This document shows, in pieces, positions 8,075 to 18,304 of a stretch of 64,000 bases of DNA; the first letter of the stretch is position 1; every line of letters begins with the position of its first letter. The notes below the pieces were generated by a model, which saw nothing but the letters and a program-made list of their open reading frames with translations, was not told the DNA's origin and searched no databases. This stretch comes from a virus, in IMG/VR virus record IMGVR_UViG_3300005965_000004, positions 21,395-85,394 of that record, one strand, 5' to 3'. A program made the position numbers and the translations under genes.

Positions 8075-9037
8075 CTATAAAATACCCATTAATTCTAATA
8101 AACACGCTGTAAAATTGATTTCTTTGTCAAGGACGTGAACTGAGCGAAACGCATATTCAGCGATTATTAAAATTGATTGAGCCTGCTTATCTTTATCTAA
8201 CATTGGAACAAGATTGTCAAACAGATTTCTATAAAGCTCATCATAGTTGTAGTTTCTCTCTATGATATATTTTCTTGCGGCTGTTAGCTTTCTGTTGACA
8301 ATCATATTATAAAATTCAGTATCAACATTTTCTACGTTGAATATACCATTGTCAATCATTCCACTTGCTTTAGAGTAATGCTGAAGTAAGCTTACCATTC
8401 TACGAATATCTGGATAGAATGTCTCCACAACCTTCTTAATAACTTCTGGAGTATACTCAACATTCTCAAACTTCAAAATACCACAAAGTCTCTTAAAAAT
8501 TATTGGCTTCAGTTCCTTCTGAATTTCAACATCCATCATGTTGAAATCTACTAACTGACACCTTGACTTTAGTGGTTCAATTATTTTTGTGAAGTAATTA
8601 CATGTCAAGATAAATCTACATGAGTCCTGAAACTCCTCCATGAATCCACGCATAGCAGCCTGTAGTTCTGGTGTGGCTCCATCAAACTCATCAAGAATAC
8701 AAATTTTCTTTCCACCCTCGTTCTCACCGAACATAGAATAAGAAGTTGCGAATTTAGATATTCTATTTCTCAGTGTGTCAATACCTCTGTCAAGAGATAT
8801 ATTGATGTATATATAATCCGACTTTATGTCATTGACAAGGGCTTTTGCTATAGTGGACTTACCAGTTCCCGGACTAGATGAATAGAGAAGAAGATTTGGA
8901 ATCTCCTTCTCCTTTACCAATTGTTGGAAGAAAGCTTTGACCTTTGGAGCAAGTAGAACTTGCTTAACTGACATTGGGCGATATTTCTCAATCCACAAAC
9001 TATAAGACAACTGTTTTGACTTATTTACCTCAATCAT
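8075..9037 (-). CDS. gp44: Clamp loader large subunit
   Basis: WIEKYRP, SPGTGKST, ILDEFD, PLKSRC. Confidence 0.95.
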   Translation of the reverse strand: MIEVNKSKQLSYSLWIEKYRPMSVKQVLLAPKVKAFFQQLVKEKEIPNLLLYSSSPGTGKSTIAKALVNDIKSDYIYINISLDRGIDTLRNRISKFATSYSMFGENEGGKKICILDEFDGATPELQAAMRGFMEEFQDSCRFILTCNYFTKIIEPLKSRCQLVDFNMMDVEIQKELKPIIFKRLCGILKFENVEYTPEVIKKVVETFYPDIRRMVSLLQHYSKASGMIDNGIFNVENVDTEFYNMIVNRKLTAARKYIIERNYNYDELYRNLFDNLVPMLDKDKQAQSILIIAEYAFRSVHVLDKEINFTACLLELMGIL

Positions 9038-9759
9038 TTATTCCTCTTTACTTTCAATTTTTCAAGTTTCTCTTTATTTCCCTTCACGATCTTTTTAGTT
9101 TCTGTCAATGTAAGATTCAAAGAAGTTGATGTATCTTTTAGAGATTCTCTCTTGATGTATTCTCTAAGAACTTTGTTAATATGTCTTGCTGAAGGCTCTT
9201 TCAACTCAACAGTATTACCATTAGTCCCCCTTTTCTTCCTTCTTTTTTCGATCTTCCTTTGAATTTCGAAATTCTTCTTCAACATTCTAGCCATTGCTCT
9301 TTTTTGACTTCTGGTAATCTTTCTATTTATTTTTCCAGAATCATAAGCACTCTCAGACTCTTTTTCTTTCTTGGTTTTCCCACGAAAAAGGCATCTGCAC
9401 GGGACGGGTGACTTGGTAACAGATTCTAAACCCTCGTATCCTCTTCCGTAACAATATCTACAACTTTCCTTAGGGTCTTTCAACTCTGTTCCATTTTCCT
9501 TGGCAATCGATTTGATTATTTCAAAAGGAGTCATATCCTCCCTTTTAATAACCTTACCCTCACCGGTTTCAACAAAAGCATCAGCATCATCTGGAGTATC
9601 ATATTTAGCGTCTGTAAATAGACCACCAGATTCATACTCATCATCGAAGTTTTCAGGAACAAACAACTGGTTTTCTTCCTGATCCAAAACTTCATCAACT
9701 TTAGATTTTTTTTCGGAATTCTTTTCAGGCTCTAAATTCTCTTCTCTTTTCTTTGTCAT
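9034..9759 (-). CDS. Hypothetical protein with CxxCxGxG zinc finger
   Basis: CRYCYGRG...PCRC, acidic N-terminus, basic C-terminus. Confidence 0.6.
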   Translation of the reverse strand: MTKKREENLEPEKNSEKKSKVDEVLDQEENQLFVPENFDDEYESGGLFTDAKYDTPDDADAFVETGEGKVIKREDMTPFEIIKSIAKENGTELKDPKESCRYCYGRGYEGLESVTKSPVPCRCLFRGKTKKEKESESAYDSGKINRKITRSQKRAMARMLKKNFEIQRKIEKRRKKRGTNGNTVELKEPSARHINKVLREYIKRESLKDTSTSLNLTLTETKKIVKGNKEKLEKLKVKRNK

Positions 9760-9770
9760 AAATGAACTCC

Positions 9771-10478
9771 TTACTGCCTTACACGACCAGTATAAATGTC
9801 AAGACTAATATCCTCATCAACCAATGAAATTCTTACAAAACCCTGAGATTTTATTTCAACAACATAATCTCTTTTAGCTGGAAGATTTTTAAAAGTATCC
9901 GAAAACATTATGAAGTCAATCTCATCATCGAAATTTGTCAGGTTCTCAACCTCAAATGACTTCTCAAATGTATTGTCATGTAGATTGTGGAAGACCTTGA
10001 AAATGATTTTACTTCCATCACCGATAACCTGCGTCTTCTTTGAATTGATAAGACCAATCATCTTCAACAACTCATCAAGCTCTTCTGAAGAAATCTTGAT
10101 ACGAATATCTGGGTCCTTAAAATTAATTGACTTTGGACCCGCTGCTATTGACTCTGGGTTTGACAACAGATAACTAGATTTAGAACTTCCTTCCTTCATA
10201 ATAACATTCTTCTGCTCAATATCAATTTCAGGTTCTCCTAGAGCCTTGAAGTAGTTATAGAACTCCGGATAATTGTAAAAAGCAACCTGGTCATATTGGA
10301 AGTCAAAGTAATCCTTTGGGGCTACCAACTGATATGCGATAGTTGACTCTGAATCTGCTCTTCTTACCAAGACATTTCCATCATCATCCTTCTCAAAAAT
10401 AACCTGAGTATTGATTGATGTGAGGTCTTTCAACAAATCAAACAATTCACTTTTGTACTGAACTTTAGACATAAACAA
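9771..10478 (-). CDS. gp45: Sliding clamp
   Basis: LLKDLTSIN N-terminus, size, position upstream of gp44. Confidence 0.8.
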   Translation of the reverse strand: MFMSKVQYKSELFDLLKDLTSINTQVIFEKDDDGNVLVRRADSESTIAYQLVAPKDYFDFQYDQVAFYNYPEFYNYFKALGEPEIDIEQKNVIMKEGSSKSSYLLSNPESIAAGPKSINFKDPDIRIKISSEELDELLKMIGLINSKKTQVIGDGSKIIFKVFHNLHDNTFEKSFEVENLTNFDDEIDFIMFSDTFKNLPAKRDYVVEIKSQGFVRISLVDEDISLDIYTGRVRQ

Positions 10479-10508
10479 CTCCTTGTTGAAATGTTCGTCT
10501 TTATTTTA

Positions 10509-10537
10509 ATAATAACATGTTTCTTTGATTATGTCAA
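10509..10537 (-). promoter_or_regulatory. sigma70 promoter upstream of gp45
   Basis: TTGACA-17-TATTAT with TGn extension. Confidence 0.7.
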
Positions 10538-10545
10538 CAACAAAA

Positions 10546-10917
10546 TTATCTGTCGTCGCCAGAACCTGTCAATTTGTCTCTTCTCTTCCTGTCAAACAAT
10601 TTATCTATATTTGCTTCTGCTACTTCGTCAAGGGACAGATTTAGTTCAGAACACATAGCAGAAACATACCAAAGAACATCTCCGAGTTCTTTCTTCAAAT
10701 CCTGAACATTGGAATCCTTAATTTCTCCACCTTGATCCCTAAGAATCTTCTTGATTTTTCCTTGTATCTCACCAACTTCTCCTAGACCGTTTGCGCAGTA
10801 AGAAAGACCAAGATACTTCATAACAGTACTAGGAATTTCTTCGTAACCACATTGCTTGAACTTGTCAAGATAGATTGCTGTTTGTGAAGCAAGTCTTTGG
10901 TATTCATCAAAATTCAT
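10546..10917 (-). CDS. mazG: MazG-like NTP pyrophosphohydrolase
   Basis: MNFDEYQ, GEVGE, KELGDVLWY, GSGDDR. Confidence 0.9.
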   Translation of the reverse strand: MNFDEYQRLASQTAIYLDKFKQCGYEEIPSTVMKYLGLSYCANGLGEVGEIQGKIKKILRDQGGEIKDSNVQDLKKELGDVLWYVSAMCSELNLSLDEVAEANIDKLFDRKRRDKLTGSGDDR

Positions 10918-10920
10918 TGT

Positions 10921-12540
10921 TTACCTCCGCAGTTTGTTATTGAGATGTACAAATATTCTATTTTGTAATTCATCAGAAAGTTTATCAATAATTGATTCTA
11001 TGTCACCATTTTCTGTAATCTTCTCTGCTATATTAAATACTGACATCACAGGACGAGCATATTCTTTACCATCTTCAGTTTTGAAAAACTTAAAATCATC
11101 AAATACAAGTGGGATATTTTCTTGGCACCATTTTAATAAGTTGAGCATGACACCACGAATTTCCCAATGAGCAAACTTATCACATCGCATAGTAAATATA
11201 TGTCTAAGTTCTCTCAAATTAGATTTGAAAACTATTTCTGTTTTAATATTACTAGGAAGAAACAATCTTCTATCATCATTTTTATATATTCCTTTTAAAG
11301 ATTCATAACAAGAAATTTCATTCTGAGTATTATACACATAATTATATTGTCTTTCTATATCGTCAAATGGAGGACTAACAACATTATACTTATCACAAAA
11401 ATTATTGAACTTAGAATTAATCTTATCATCTATATTAGATAATGAAGATGCCATAGATAATTTTCTTTCCATTATTAGTTCGAAAGAAAATTCACTATAC
11501 ATCCAATCAACTATTTTTTTAATATCTTTTTTTCCTTGATAAACCAATTGAAAACTTTTAGTTTTAGAATAAATATTTTTTATATCAACATTACAATTTT
11601 TATGTAATACAATAGATAACCATTCTAAAAATTCTTTACAACCAGAGGTAAAAGTTAATTGTCTTTTCCAATTATTTTTATACCAACCTATAAAACCACC
11701 CCCTTCAAAAAATCCTCTTATAAAACTTGACAAATATTCTTTTGGCAAATTTTTTTCTATAAGATTATATCTGAGATTTAGTGATTTATTTTCTTCACAT
11801 CCATAAACATTTTTGAATAAATTATACAAAGATTTAGAACTTATATTAAGTTTAATTAATCCTTCTTTTTCATATGGATATATATTACCACCAATAATAA
11901 AATGTAATTGTTGTAAATATTCTATATCTTTTATTTTAAATGAGATAACATAATTAGAACCATTATTATATAAATTTCCATTTGCAAATAAAAATCCTAA
12001 TATCTGAGCATAAACATGATTAATATTTTCTGGTTCAAAATTATTAACAATATCAGAAGAAAAACAAAAATCTCCACGTTCTCTAATTTGGATATTATTA
12101 TTTTTAAGTATATTAATTATAGTTTGTGAGTTACATCCATATAATTTTGATATTTGATTAGCCGATTTGCCAGTTTGATAAATATCTATTATATCTTTTT
12201 CATCCTCAATAGAAAACTTACAAAAAATATTTCTTTTATTTTGAATACTATCATATGAACAATATCTCGTACTTTCTTGGGCATATGACAACAATCTATG
12301 TCTAACTAATTCATGAGTTAAATATCTGCTTATATTACTTAATTTAACTGTTAAATGAGCGAACTCAAACATAGCAAAATGGCCTCTATTCATCAAATTC
12401 TTAACTAACTTTTTATCAGTCTCAGGAGTAGCTTTATCCTGAGACTGATAACATGTTCTTGCTGCTGTTGCTATGTCTTTAATCACATCTTCAGGCTTAG
12501 TCAGCACTTCAAATTTACCAGCATTTTTCAATATTTTCAT
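10921..12540 (-). CDS. thyX: Flavin-dependent thymidylate synthase with in-frame HTH-LAGLIDADG insertion
   Basis: GHFAMFE, HELVRHRLLSYAQESTRY, NLRELRH, AHWEIR. About 290 extra aa after STRYCSY. Confidence 0.9.
   Translation of the reverse strand: MKILKNAGKFEVLTKPEDVIKDIATAARTCYQSQDKATPETDKKLVKNLMNRGHFAMFEFAHLTVKLSNISRYLTHELVRHRLLSYAQESTRYCSYDSIQNKRNIFCKFSIEDEKDIIDIYQTGKSANQISKLYGCNSQTIINILKNNNIQIRERGDFCFSSDIVNNFEPENINHVYAQILGFLFANGNLYNNGSNYVISFKIKDIEYLQQLHFIIGGNIYPYEKEGLIKLNISSKSLYNLFKNVYGCEENKSLNLRYNLIEKNLPKEYLSSFIRGFFEGGGFIGWYKNNWKRQLTFTSGCKEFLEWLSIVLHKNCNVDIKNIYSKTKSFQLVYQGKKDIKKIVDWMYSEFSFELIMERKLSMASSLSNIDDKINSKFNNFCDKYNVVSPPFDDIERQYNYVYNTQNEISCYESLKGIYKNDDRRLFLPSNIKTEIVFKSNLRELRHIFTMRCDKFAHWEIRGVMLNLLKWCQENIPLVFDDFKFFKTEDGKEYARPVMSVFNIAEKITENGDIESIIDKLSDELQNRIFVHLNNKLRR
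11390..12250 (-). mobile_element. LAGLIDADG homing-endonuclease-derived insert in thyX
   Basis: HTH segment plus LGFLFANG and RGFFEGGG motifs, very AT-rich, no intein blocks. Boundaries approximate. Confidence 0.75.
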
Positions 12541-12674
12541 TATTCATCAACCCTCAAGTGTTTTTACATTCCTACAAATTTCTGAGGCTCAAAATGGCTT
12601 TTACAATAAAGACAATTCATATTACTCTCCTGATTTTTCTTTAGTAAGTTCTTGAATAAACTCTTCATCATCTT

Positions 12675-13016
12675 CTATATTTTCAATTTGTCTCTAAGAA
12701 TATTATTACAAAGCTGATTGAAAGTAATGTTTCTTCGGTGGGCTTCTTCGTAGAGTGGAAGAAGTTCTTCTATTGAAAATTCTATCTCAACTTCTTCCAT
12801 GTTTGAGTTTTCTTCTTCTTCAAGAACCCATTTACTTATATCTTCAGAAAGCTTAGGGTTCTCATCCTTGATGAATCTGGAATATGCCATCAGAGCCTCT
12901 CTTGAGGCTCTGGCATATACATCACTTCCTTTTGGCTTCAACACAAAGTATTTCATCTCTAAACCAGACATATTATAAACTCCTTTCAAAAATGAACAAA
13001 TATCATTCAATATCAA
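12675..13016 (-). CDS. Hypothetical protein
   Basis: Probable start MSGLEMKYFVLKP. C-terminus resembles a ribbon-helix-helix. Confidence 0.55.
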   Translation of the reverse strand: MILNDICSFLKGVYNMSGLEMKYFVLKPKGSDVYARASREALMAYSRFIKDENPKLSEDISKWVLEEEENSNMEEVEIEFSIEELLPLYEEAHRRNITFNQLCNNILRDKLKI

Positions 13017-13017
13017 A

Positions 13018-13046
13018 ATTATATCATATTATTGAAATGTTGTCAA
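13018..13046 (-). promoter_or_regulatory. sigma70 promoter
   Basis: Consensus TTGACA-17-TATAAT with TGn extension. Confidence 0.8.
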
Positions 13047-13052
13047 CTATTT

Positions 13053-15602
13053 TCAACCACAACCTGCGTATCCACATTGTTTACAAACAAAACACCCGGA
13101 TTCCATTACAAGAGTAGACTTACATTCTGGACAGTTCATTCCAACTATCTCTTTACCGTCATCAATGGTTGATCCGATAAACTTTCTTACTGCTGTTAGT
13201 AAACTTGAAATATTGTCACCTTCTATATTAGTCAACGCAACTAAAATATCTTCTCTTGGAACGTTGTGTCTCATACAAAGTGAAATCATTCTCGCAAGTC
13301 TATTATGTGGATAATCACCCAAACACTTTTCCCAAGTATCGTCAATTATCCTATGGTCAATTCCAACAGCAATTGCTAGTTTTGTAAGAGACTTACAAGC
13401 ACGATTACAAGCTACTGTTTCTTTCTTGGCGTTTGTATGAATCCACATAGCTACTGGATATCTAAGTTCCTTGTCATCTGGAAGGTAACTAAAATGTATA
13501 TAAAATTTCGCACCCTCTCTTTTGATTGTTGTTGTGGGTCCATTCAAGAAAACATCTGGAAGCTTGATATCCTTTTTCATGATTTCCTTCTTCTCTTCTG
13601 CCTTCTCAAGAGAACTCAACACAGATTCCATAGAACCTTCTCTATATGTTGTAAATCCTATCAATCCCTTCTTCCATGCTTCAAGATAAAGATTCTTGAA
13701 TTTTGTGAATGAATAGTTCTTTGGAATGTTACATGTCTTGGAAACAGACTGGTTACAGTAATACTGTACGACTTCTTGAATGTTGATATGGTCTTCAATT
13801 TCAAGATTCTTGGTTGTCACAATATACTCTTTATCAATGTCTGAGAAGTTTTCCAACAACCACTGATAACCGTAGTCTCTCATTATGTGAATTTCACAAA
13901 GACCTCTATTGTGTGGCTCATAGTAATACTTCTGCCCATTGAACTCACCTTTCCAGTAAACAAAATCCTTCTCTTTTTCTTCCTTCAGAATCTTCTTTAC
14001 ATTGTTGGAATTCAAACCTTCTGGCCAATCACAAATCACCTTCCTTTCAATTTCCAAATCATATACAGGCTCAATACCATTTGATACATTATCACAAATG
14101 ACTGATGTGTTTCCAAGTGGAGGATTTGTTGTAGTTTTAGCATTTCTAACACCATGATCCATTATCATTTTCTTAGTCTCTTCACTAAGTCTATCTGACT
14201 TGAAGTAATCAGTATTTGTAAACTTTTCCTTGTCATACAACGGAAACGTTCCCTTTTCTGCCGCAAGTTTTGCTGATGCTTGCCAAGTTATATTTTCTTT
14301 GAGTCTGACTAATTCTTCTACGAACTTTACAGATTCATCACTTCCATATCTGATTTTGAGCATCATTAGAGTGGAGCCAACTCCGTTGAGACCCATTCCA
14401 AATTGCCTGTTATTTTTAACAGCCCACTCATATGCTGGAAGAGGCAAATCTGTCAAGTCATTTACATTATCCAACATTCTCGAAAAAACTTCAATATCAT
14501 TTTTATATTGCTCAAAGTCAAATTTTGTATTTCCACAATCGTCTATGAATACATATTGTGTGAGGTTGACGGAACCAAGAAGACAAACAGTAGTGAGATA
14601 TGGATTACCTGGAATTTCACCACACGGGTTAGTACAGTTACAATCTCCAAGATACTGAATTGGATTATTTCTTCTCATGTTATCATAGAAAAGAACTCCG
14701 GGTTCAGCACGATTATATGTTGACTTCATAATAAGGTCATAAAGATGCTTTGCCTTGACTCTTTTGTAAATCTTACCATCAAAATGAAGCTCGTACATTT
14801 CGTCATTTTCAACAGCTTTCATAAAAGCGTCGTCAATAAGAACACTGATATTAAATTTAGTGAGTCTTCCTGGTTCCTGTTTTGCTCTAATAAATTCTTC
14901 AATATCTGGATGCCAAACAGGCAATGCTCCAAGCATAGCACCTTTTCTTGTTTGCTTCTTGACAATAGACTTTACTTCATCAAACTCTTCCTTTGTCAGG
15001 TAGTTCTTCAAATTGTCACTATAACCATCATTGTCACCTTTAACGATACACTCTGATACAGCATCCCAGATGTCCATGTATGATACTATACCAGGGTGCC
15101 TTATACCTGTTCCCTTTATCAATGATCCTCTTGGTCTTATGAATCCAAAGTTAATTCCATAACCACCCTCAGAAGCAAGAGTTTTTGCCTGTTCCATTAT
15201 TGTCAAGAATATATTTACCAAATCATCAGGCGTATCTGGAGTGTTCATGTTGATAGTATTTTCTATCAAGCCATCTTCCGATTTTCTAACATACTTTATT
15301 TCCGCATTTCTAACAGGACCATTTATAAAACAATTCATCAAGGTTGCTTTATCATACGTAGTTCCTGCGTTGGCAGTAATTCTTCCACCAGGAGTACACT
15401 TTAAACCAATAGGATTACCCTCTTCATCAAATTTGACAAGTGTATGTAAGAACTTTTCTTCCCACTCTTCAGGGTTCTTCTCTACAGAAGCAAGAGACTT
15501 TGCTATTCTTTTGAAAGTTTCTATTGGTGTCTCATCACCAAACTGATATTTTTTCTTCCAATTTTCATATGCCAGACTTGTCTTAAAAAAGCTTGATTTC
15601 AT
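13053..15602 (-). CDS. nrdJ: Class II (adenosylcobalamin) ribonucleotide reductase
   Basis: PGGRI, NCF, TNPCGE, SNGIEP, SVSKT, C-terminal CPEC...CKQCGY ribbon. No adjacent NrdB. Confidence 0.88.
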   Translation of the reverse strand: MKSSFFKTSLAYENWKKKYQFGDETPIETFKRIAKSLASVEKNPEEWEEKFLHTLVKFDEEGNPIGLKCTPGGRITANAGTTYDKATLMNCFINGPVRNAEIKYVRKSEDGLIENTINMNTPDTPDDLVNIFLTIMEQAKTLASEGGYGINFGFIRPRGSLIKGTGIRHPGIVSYMDIWDAVSECIVKGDNDGYSDNLKNYLTKEEFDEVKSIVKKQTRKGAMLGALPVWHPDIEEFIRAKQEPGRLTKFNISVLIDDAFMKAVENDEMYELHFDGKIYKRVKAKHLYDLIMKSTYNRAEPGVLFYDNMRRNNPIQYLGDCNCTNPCGEIPGNPYLTTVCLLGSVNLTQYVFIDDCGNTKFDFEQYKNDIEVFSRMLDNVNDLTDLPLPAYEWAVKNNRQFGMGLNGVGSTLMMLKIRYGSDESVKFVEELVRLKENITWQASAKLAAEKGTFPLYDKEKFTNTDYFKSDRLSEETKKMIMDHGVRNAKTTTNPPLGNTSVICDNVSNGIEPVYDLEIERKVICDWPEGLNSNNVKKILKEEKEKDFVYWKGEFNGQKYYYEPHNRGLCEIHIMRDYGYQWLLENFSDIDKEYIVTTKNLEIEDHINIQEVVQYYCNQSVSKTCNIPKNYSFTKFKNLYLEAWKKGLIGFTTYREGSMESVLSSLEKAEEKKEIMKKDIKLPDVFLNGPTTTIKREGAKFYIHFSYLPDDKELRYPVAMWIHTNAKKETVACNRACKSLTKLAIAVGIDHRIIDDTWEKCLGDYPHNRLARMISLCMRHNVPREDILVALTNIEGDNISSLLTAVRKFIGSTIDDGKEIVGMNCPECKSTLVMESGCFVCKQCGYAGCG

Positions 15603-15613
15603 AAAACTTTCTC

Positions 15614-16078
15614 CTACTTATTGAAAAGCTCCCTTTCGGTTATTATCTTGAATTCGAGACCTCTCTTAGCGCAAAATTCCCTTGCTGCATCCCATTTACA
15701 TCTGTTAGTGACGTAAGTGTGCGCCTCGTAGATATATCTCTTTCGGGCTTTTCTGTTGTTGTTTTTGGGTTTCTTTGGTGGTCTTGTTTGTGATGCCGGT
15801 TTAACTTCAATGACGAACTTCCTTTCATTTCCATTTTTATCAACTTCCTCAAAATAAAAATCTGGATAATATCTGTGAATCCTTTTGTCAATAGCGCTTA
15901 GATAAGGTATTTCTAAACACTCAAACCCCCATTTCTTTATACTTGGAGAGTGGTCACAAAAGTAACAAAATCTAGATTCCCAAGAACTTCTGTACACTGG
16001 GTTTTTGGCTCCAATATACTTTTTCTTATTCTCAACTTTATATTCACCAATGTAAAATCCACTTTTTCCCTTCTCCAT
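15614..16078 (-). CDS. gp4: Head completion nuclease
   Basis: YRSSWE, RYYPDF, IEVKP, KWDAA, FKIITE. Confidence 0.88.
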   Translation of the reverse strand: MEKGKSGFYIGEYKVENKKKYIGAKNPVYRSSWESRFCYFCDHSPSIKKWGFECLEIPYLSAIDKRIHRYYPDFYFEEVDKNGNERKFVIEVKPASQTRPPKKPKNNNRKARKRYIYEAHTYVTNRCKWDAAREFCAKRGLEFKIITERELFNK

Positions 16079-16087
16079 AAACTCCTT

Positions 16088-17005
16088 CTACTTTAGCGAT
16101 TTTATTAATGGGCCATAGTTAGACCAATCATCCATCATCTTATTCAATCTATTTCTGGAGAAGAACTTCATAAGCTTAGAACCGTCTATATCTTTAATCT
16201 CGTAATCGTTGTACGTTTTCAATATACCTTTTGACAGTTCTTTTGGAATGAAGTCAAAGTCAATAAGAATTCTATTTCTCAGATAATTGTTCTTGACTTC
16301 TTCATTCTCCTCAAGAAAATCATCCAATCCTTTCTTCAGTATAGCTTCAGCAGTTGCTTTACCTGTTCTTGGCTTTATTGCGGGAATAGTATCGCTCTTA
16401 TCACCAGTGATAACTTTTATATCAAGTTCTCTCTGTGGATTTATACAGTTTACGATCTTATTCTTTATAGGATCAAACTGCTTATTGTTCTTATCAATCA
16501 ACAACTGATGAAGGTCTTTATCAGTCGATACTATCACATTCTGACAAGAGCTAAACTGCTCTTTTACAAGAACGGCAATAATGTCATCTGCCTCTGATCT
16601 TGGATGTTCTATTGTATATATAGTCGAAAACGTTTCTTTTATTTCTTCTCTGAATTCATTGAAAACCGGAAAGAATTTCTGAAAGTCAACAACAGCCTTG
16701 TCTCTTGCTTGTCTTCTATTATTTTTATATCCATCAAAGTGGTCATATCTCCAACTTCCTTTTGTGTCAAAAGCGAGAATAACTTTCTCAGGATTAAACT
16801 TTTCTATTGTTGAGAAAAGACTATTCATGAATAAATGTCTCCAAAAGAAAAAAAAATTTTCGTTATCTTGAGGATTCATAAAGATAGCTGAGAATAATGT
16901 TCTGTAGGCTAGATTATGCCCATCAAACAATAAAGTTTTTTTCTGATTTTTTATTACTTGTTGATCTTCAACAGAAAATAATTCTGATAATGAACTTTTA
17001 TTCAT
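16088..17005 (-). CDS. rnh: T4-type RNase H / 5'-3' flap exonuclease
   Basis: FDGHNL, YKNNR, EADDII, STDKD, GDKSDTIP. Confidence 0.92.
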   Translation of the reverse strand: MNKSSLSELFSVEDQQVIKNQKKTLLFDGHNLAYRTLFSAIFMNPQDNENFFFFWRHLFMNSLFSTIEKFNPEKVILAFDTKGSWRYDHFDGYKNNRRQARDKAVVDFQKFFPVFNEFREEIKETFSTIYTIEHPRSEADDIIAVLVKEQFSSCQNVIVSTDKDLHQLLIDKNNKQFDPIKNKIVNCINPQRELDIKVITGDKSDTIPAIKPRTGKATAEAILKKGLDDFLEENEEVKNNYLRNRILIDFDFIPKELSKGILKTYNDYEIKDIDGSKLMKFFSRNRLNKMMDDWSNYGPLIKSLK

Positions 17006-17435
17006 TTGTAAACTCCTTTTTAAGTGTTTTATGTATTATAACATTTTTATATTCAATCTCCAAAACTTTTTTTCTTCTAAATGTTTCTTTAATATTATGT
17101 CTTTCTTTTTTAGAAAAATATTCATAAAAATCCATTCTATTAGATAATACATATATCCATTTACTCGAAGGATTATTATAACCTTGTTTAGCTAAACTTA
17201 TTTTTTGTTTATGTTCTTCTGAATATTTTCTTCCTTTTAATTTTTTACTGAGATTTTCTTTAAATTCTTTGCTTCGTATTTTTCCAATGTTTTTTCCAAT
17301 CATAGATTGACGTTGTTTTATTTTACTTTCTTCACTTTTTGTTTTACCAATCATTGATTGACGTTGTTTTTCCTTTTGTTCTTCTGAAATAATTTTACCT
17401 TATTGGTGGTTTTGTAGATTATATAAGTACTCATA
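16998..17435 (-). pseudogene. GIY-YIG/NUMOD3 homing endonuclease with catalytic domain deleted
   Basis: Starts MSTYIIYKTTNK, then jumps to NUMOD3 repeats (SEESKIK, SEEHKQKIS). Confidence 0.7.
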
Positions 17436-17439
17436 AGAT

Positions 17440-17540
17440 ACCTCCACATAAGGTTATTAGTAAGAGATTGATTGATAATTCTAATGTTGGATATAAAACT
17501 TCCGTCGAAGCTGTCCCAACCTATCCAATGAGTATTTACA
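17440..17540 (-). promoter_or_regulatory. Structured leader of homing endonuclease gene
   Basis: TGTAAATA, then GTTGG-GACAG-CTTC(GACG)GAAG...CCAAC. Confidence 0.4.
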
Positions 17541-17541
17541 T

Positions 17542-18132
17542 TTAAATATTTTTTTCTTTAACATATTCTTCCAAACTTTTGACCTCAAAATGGTATTTTT
17601 TCTTCTTTCCAGTTTTGGTTAATAAAGCTTTTTCGGGAACAAATGTATCTTTAAATAAACATTTGGTTTTAGCAACTGGTGTAATTTTTTGAACTAATAT
17701 TTTGTATTCATAATACACCCATTTGATATTAATAATTGCTAGTCTTGTCATATTTTGAAAATCAAATGATGGCTTTATTTCTATAAAAGAACCAACATCA
17801 TACCCATCATTCCCAATATTGTTTATAAAAGGCACAGAGTCCAATTTATTTTTTCCATCGTTAATATCAAGATAAAAAATTCCGTATGCTTTAGAATTCC
17901 ACAATATTTTGAAATCGGGCACATAAACATGTGATTGAAGCAAAGTACTTTCCATTTTCTTATCTTTAGTCTTCATCTTTTTTATCCAATCATATGTCAC
18001 TTTTTCTGAAAGGGTAAATGATTCCGAATGAAAAGAGAATTCTCTAACGAAACCTCTTTCCTTAAGCTCATCCAAATAAAGGTAAAACAATCTTTCTTCT
18101 TCGGAATCAAACTCTATACCATTATAAATCAT
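17542..18132 (-). CDS. PD-(D/E)xK nuclease (DUF1064-like)
   Basis: FDSEEE, YVPDF, IEIK. Confidence 0.7.
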   Translation of the reverse strand: MIYNGIEFDSEEERLFYLYLDELKERGFVREFSFHSESFTLSEKVTYDWIKKMKTKDKKMESTLLQSHVYVPDFKILWNSKAYGIFYLDINDGKNKLDSVPFINNIGNDGYDVGSFIEIKPSFDFQNMTRLAIINIKWVYYEYKILVQKITPVAKTKCLFKDTFVPEKALLTKTGKKKKYHFEVKSLEEYVKEKNI

Positions 18133-18269
18133 TGTTCATAATCCTTTTGTCATCTTCTTCGTCATTATCTTCATTGTAGATAATTCTCATTGCGTAAGCA
18201 AGTCCTGCTGGTTGTGTCATTGGTTGGGCACCACTTTACCATTTCAATCAAATCCATATTGTTCCTCAT
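18122..18269 (-). pseudogene. Frameshifted mini-ORF with major capsid (gp23) segment
   Basis: GAQPMTQPAGLAYAMRIIY vs this phage's gp23 GVQAMSTPVGLAYAMRVVY. Confidence 0.6.
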
Positions 18270-18304
18270 GGCATTAGGATTTATCTTATTTACATTCCAG
18301 TAAA

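Noticed and set aside
11390-12260. Canonical intein in thyX
   Set aside because: The Cys in STRYC is a normal ThyX residue, and no block B or C-terminal HN/[CST] motif is found.
15614-16078. TnsA transposase / Tn7 element
   Set aside because: Motifs and context fit T4 gp4, with no TnsB, TnsC or transposon ends.
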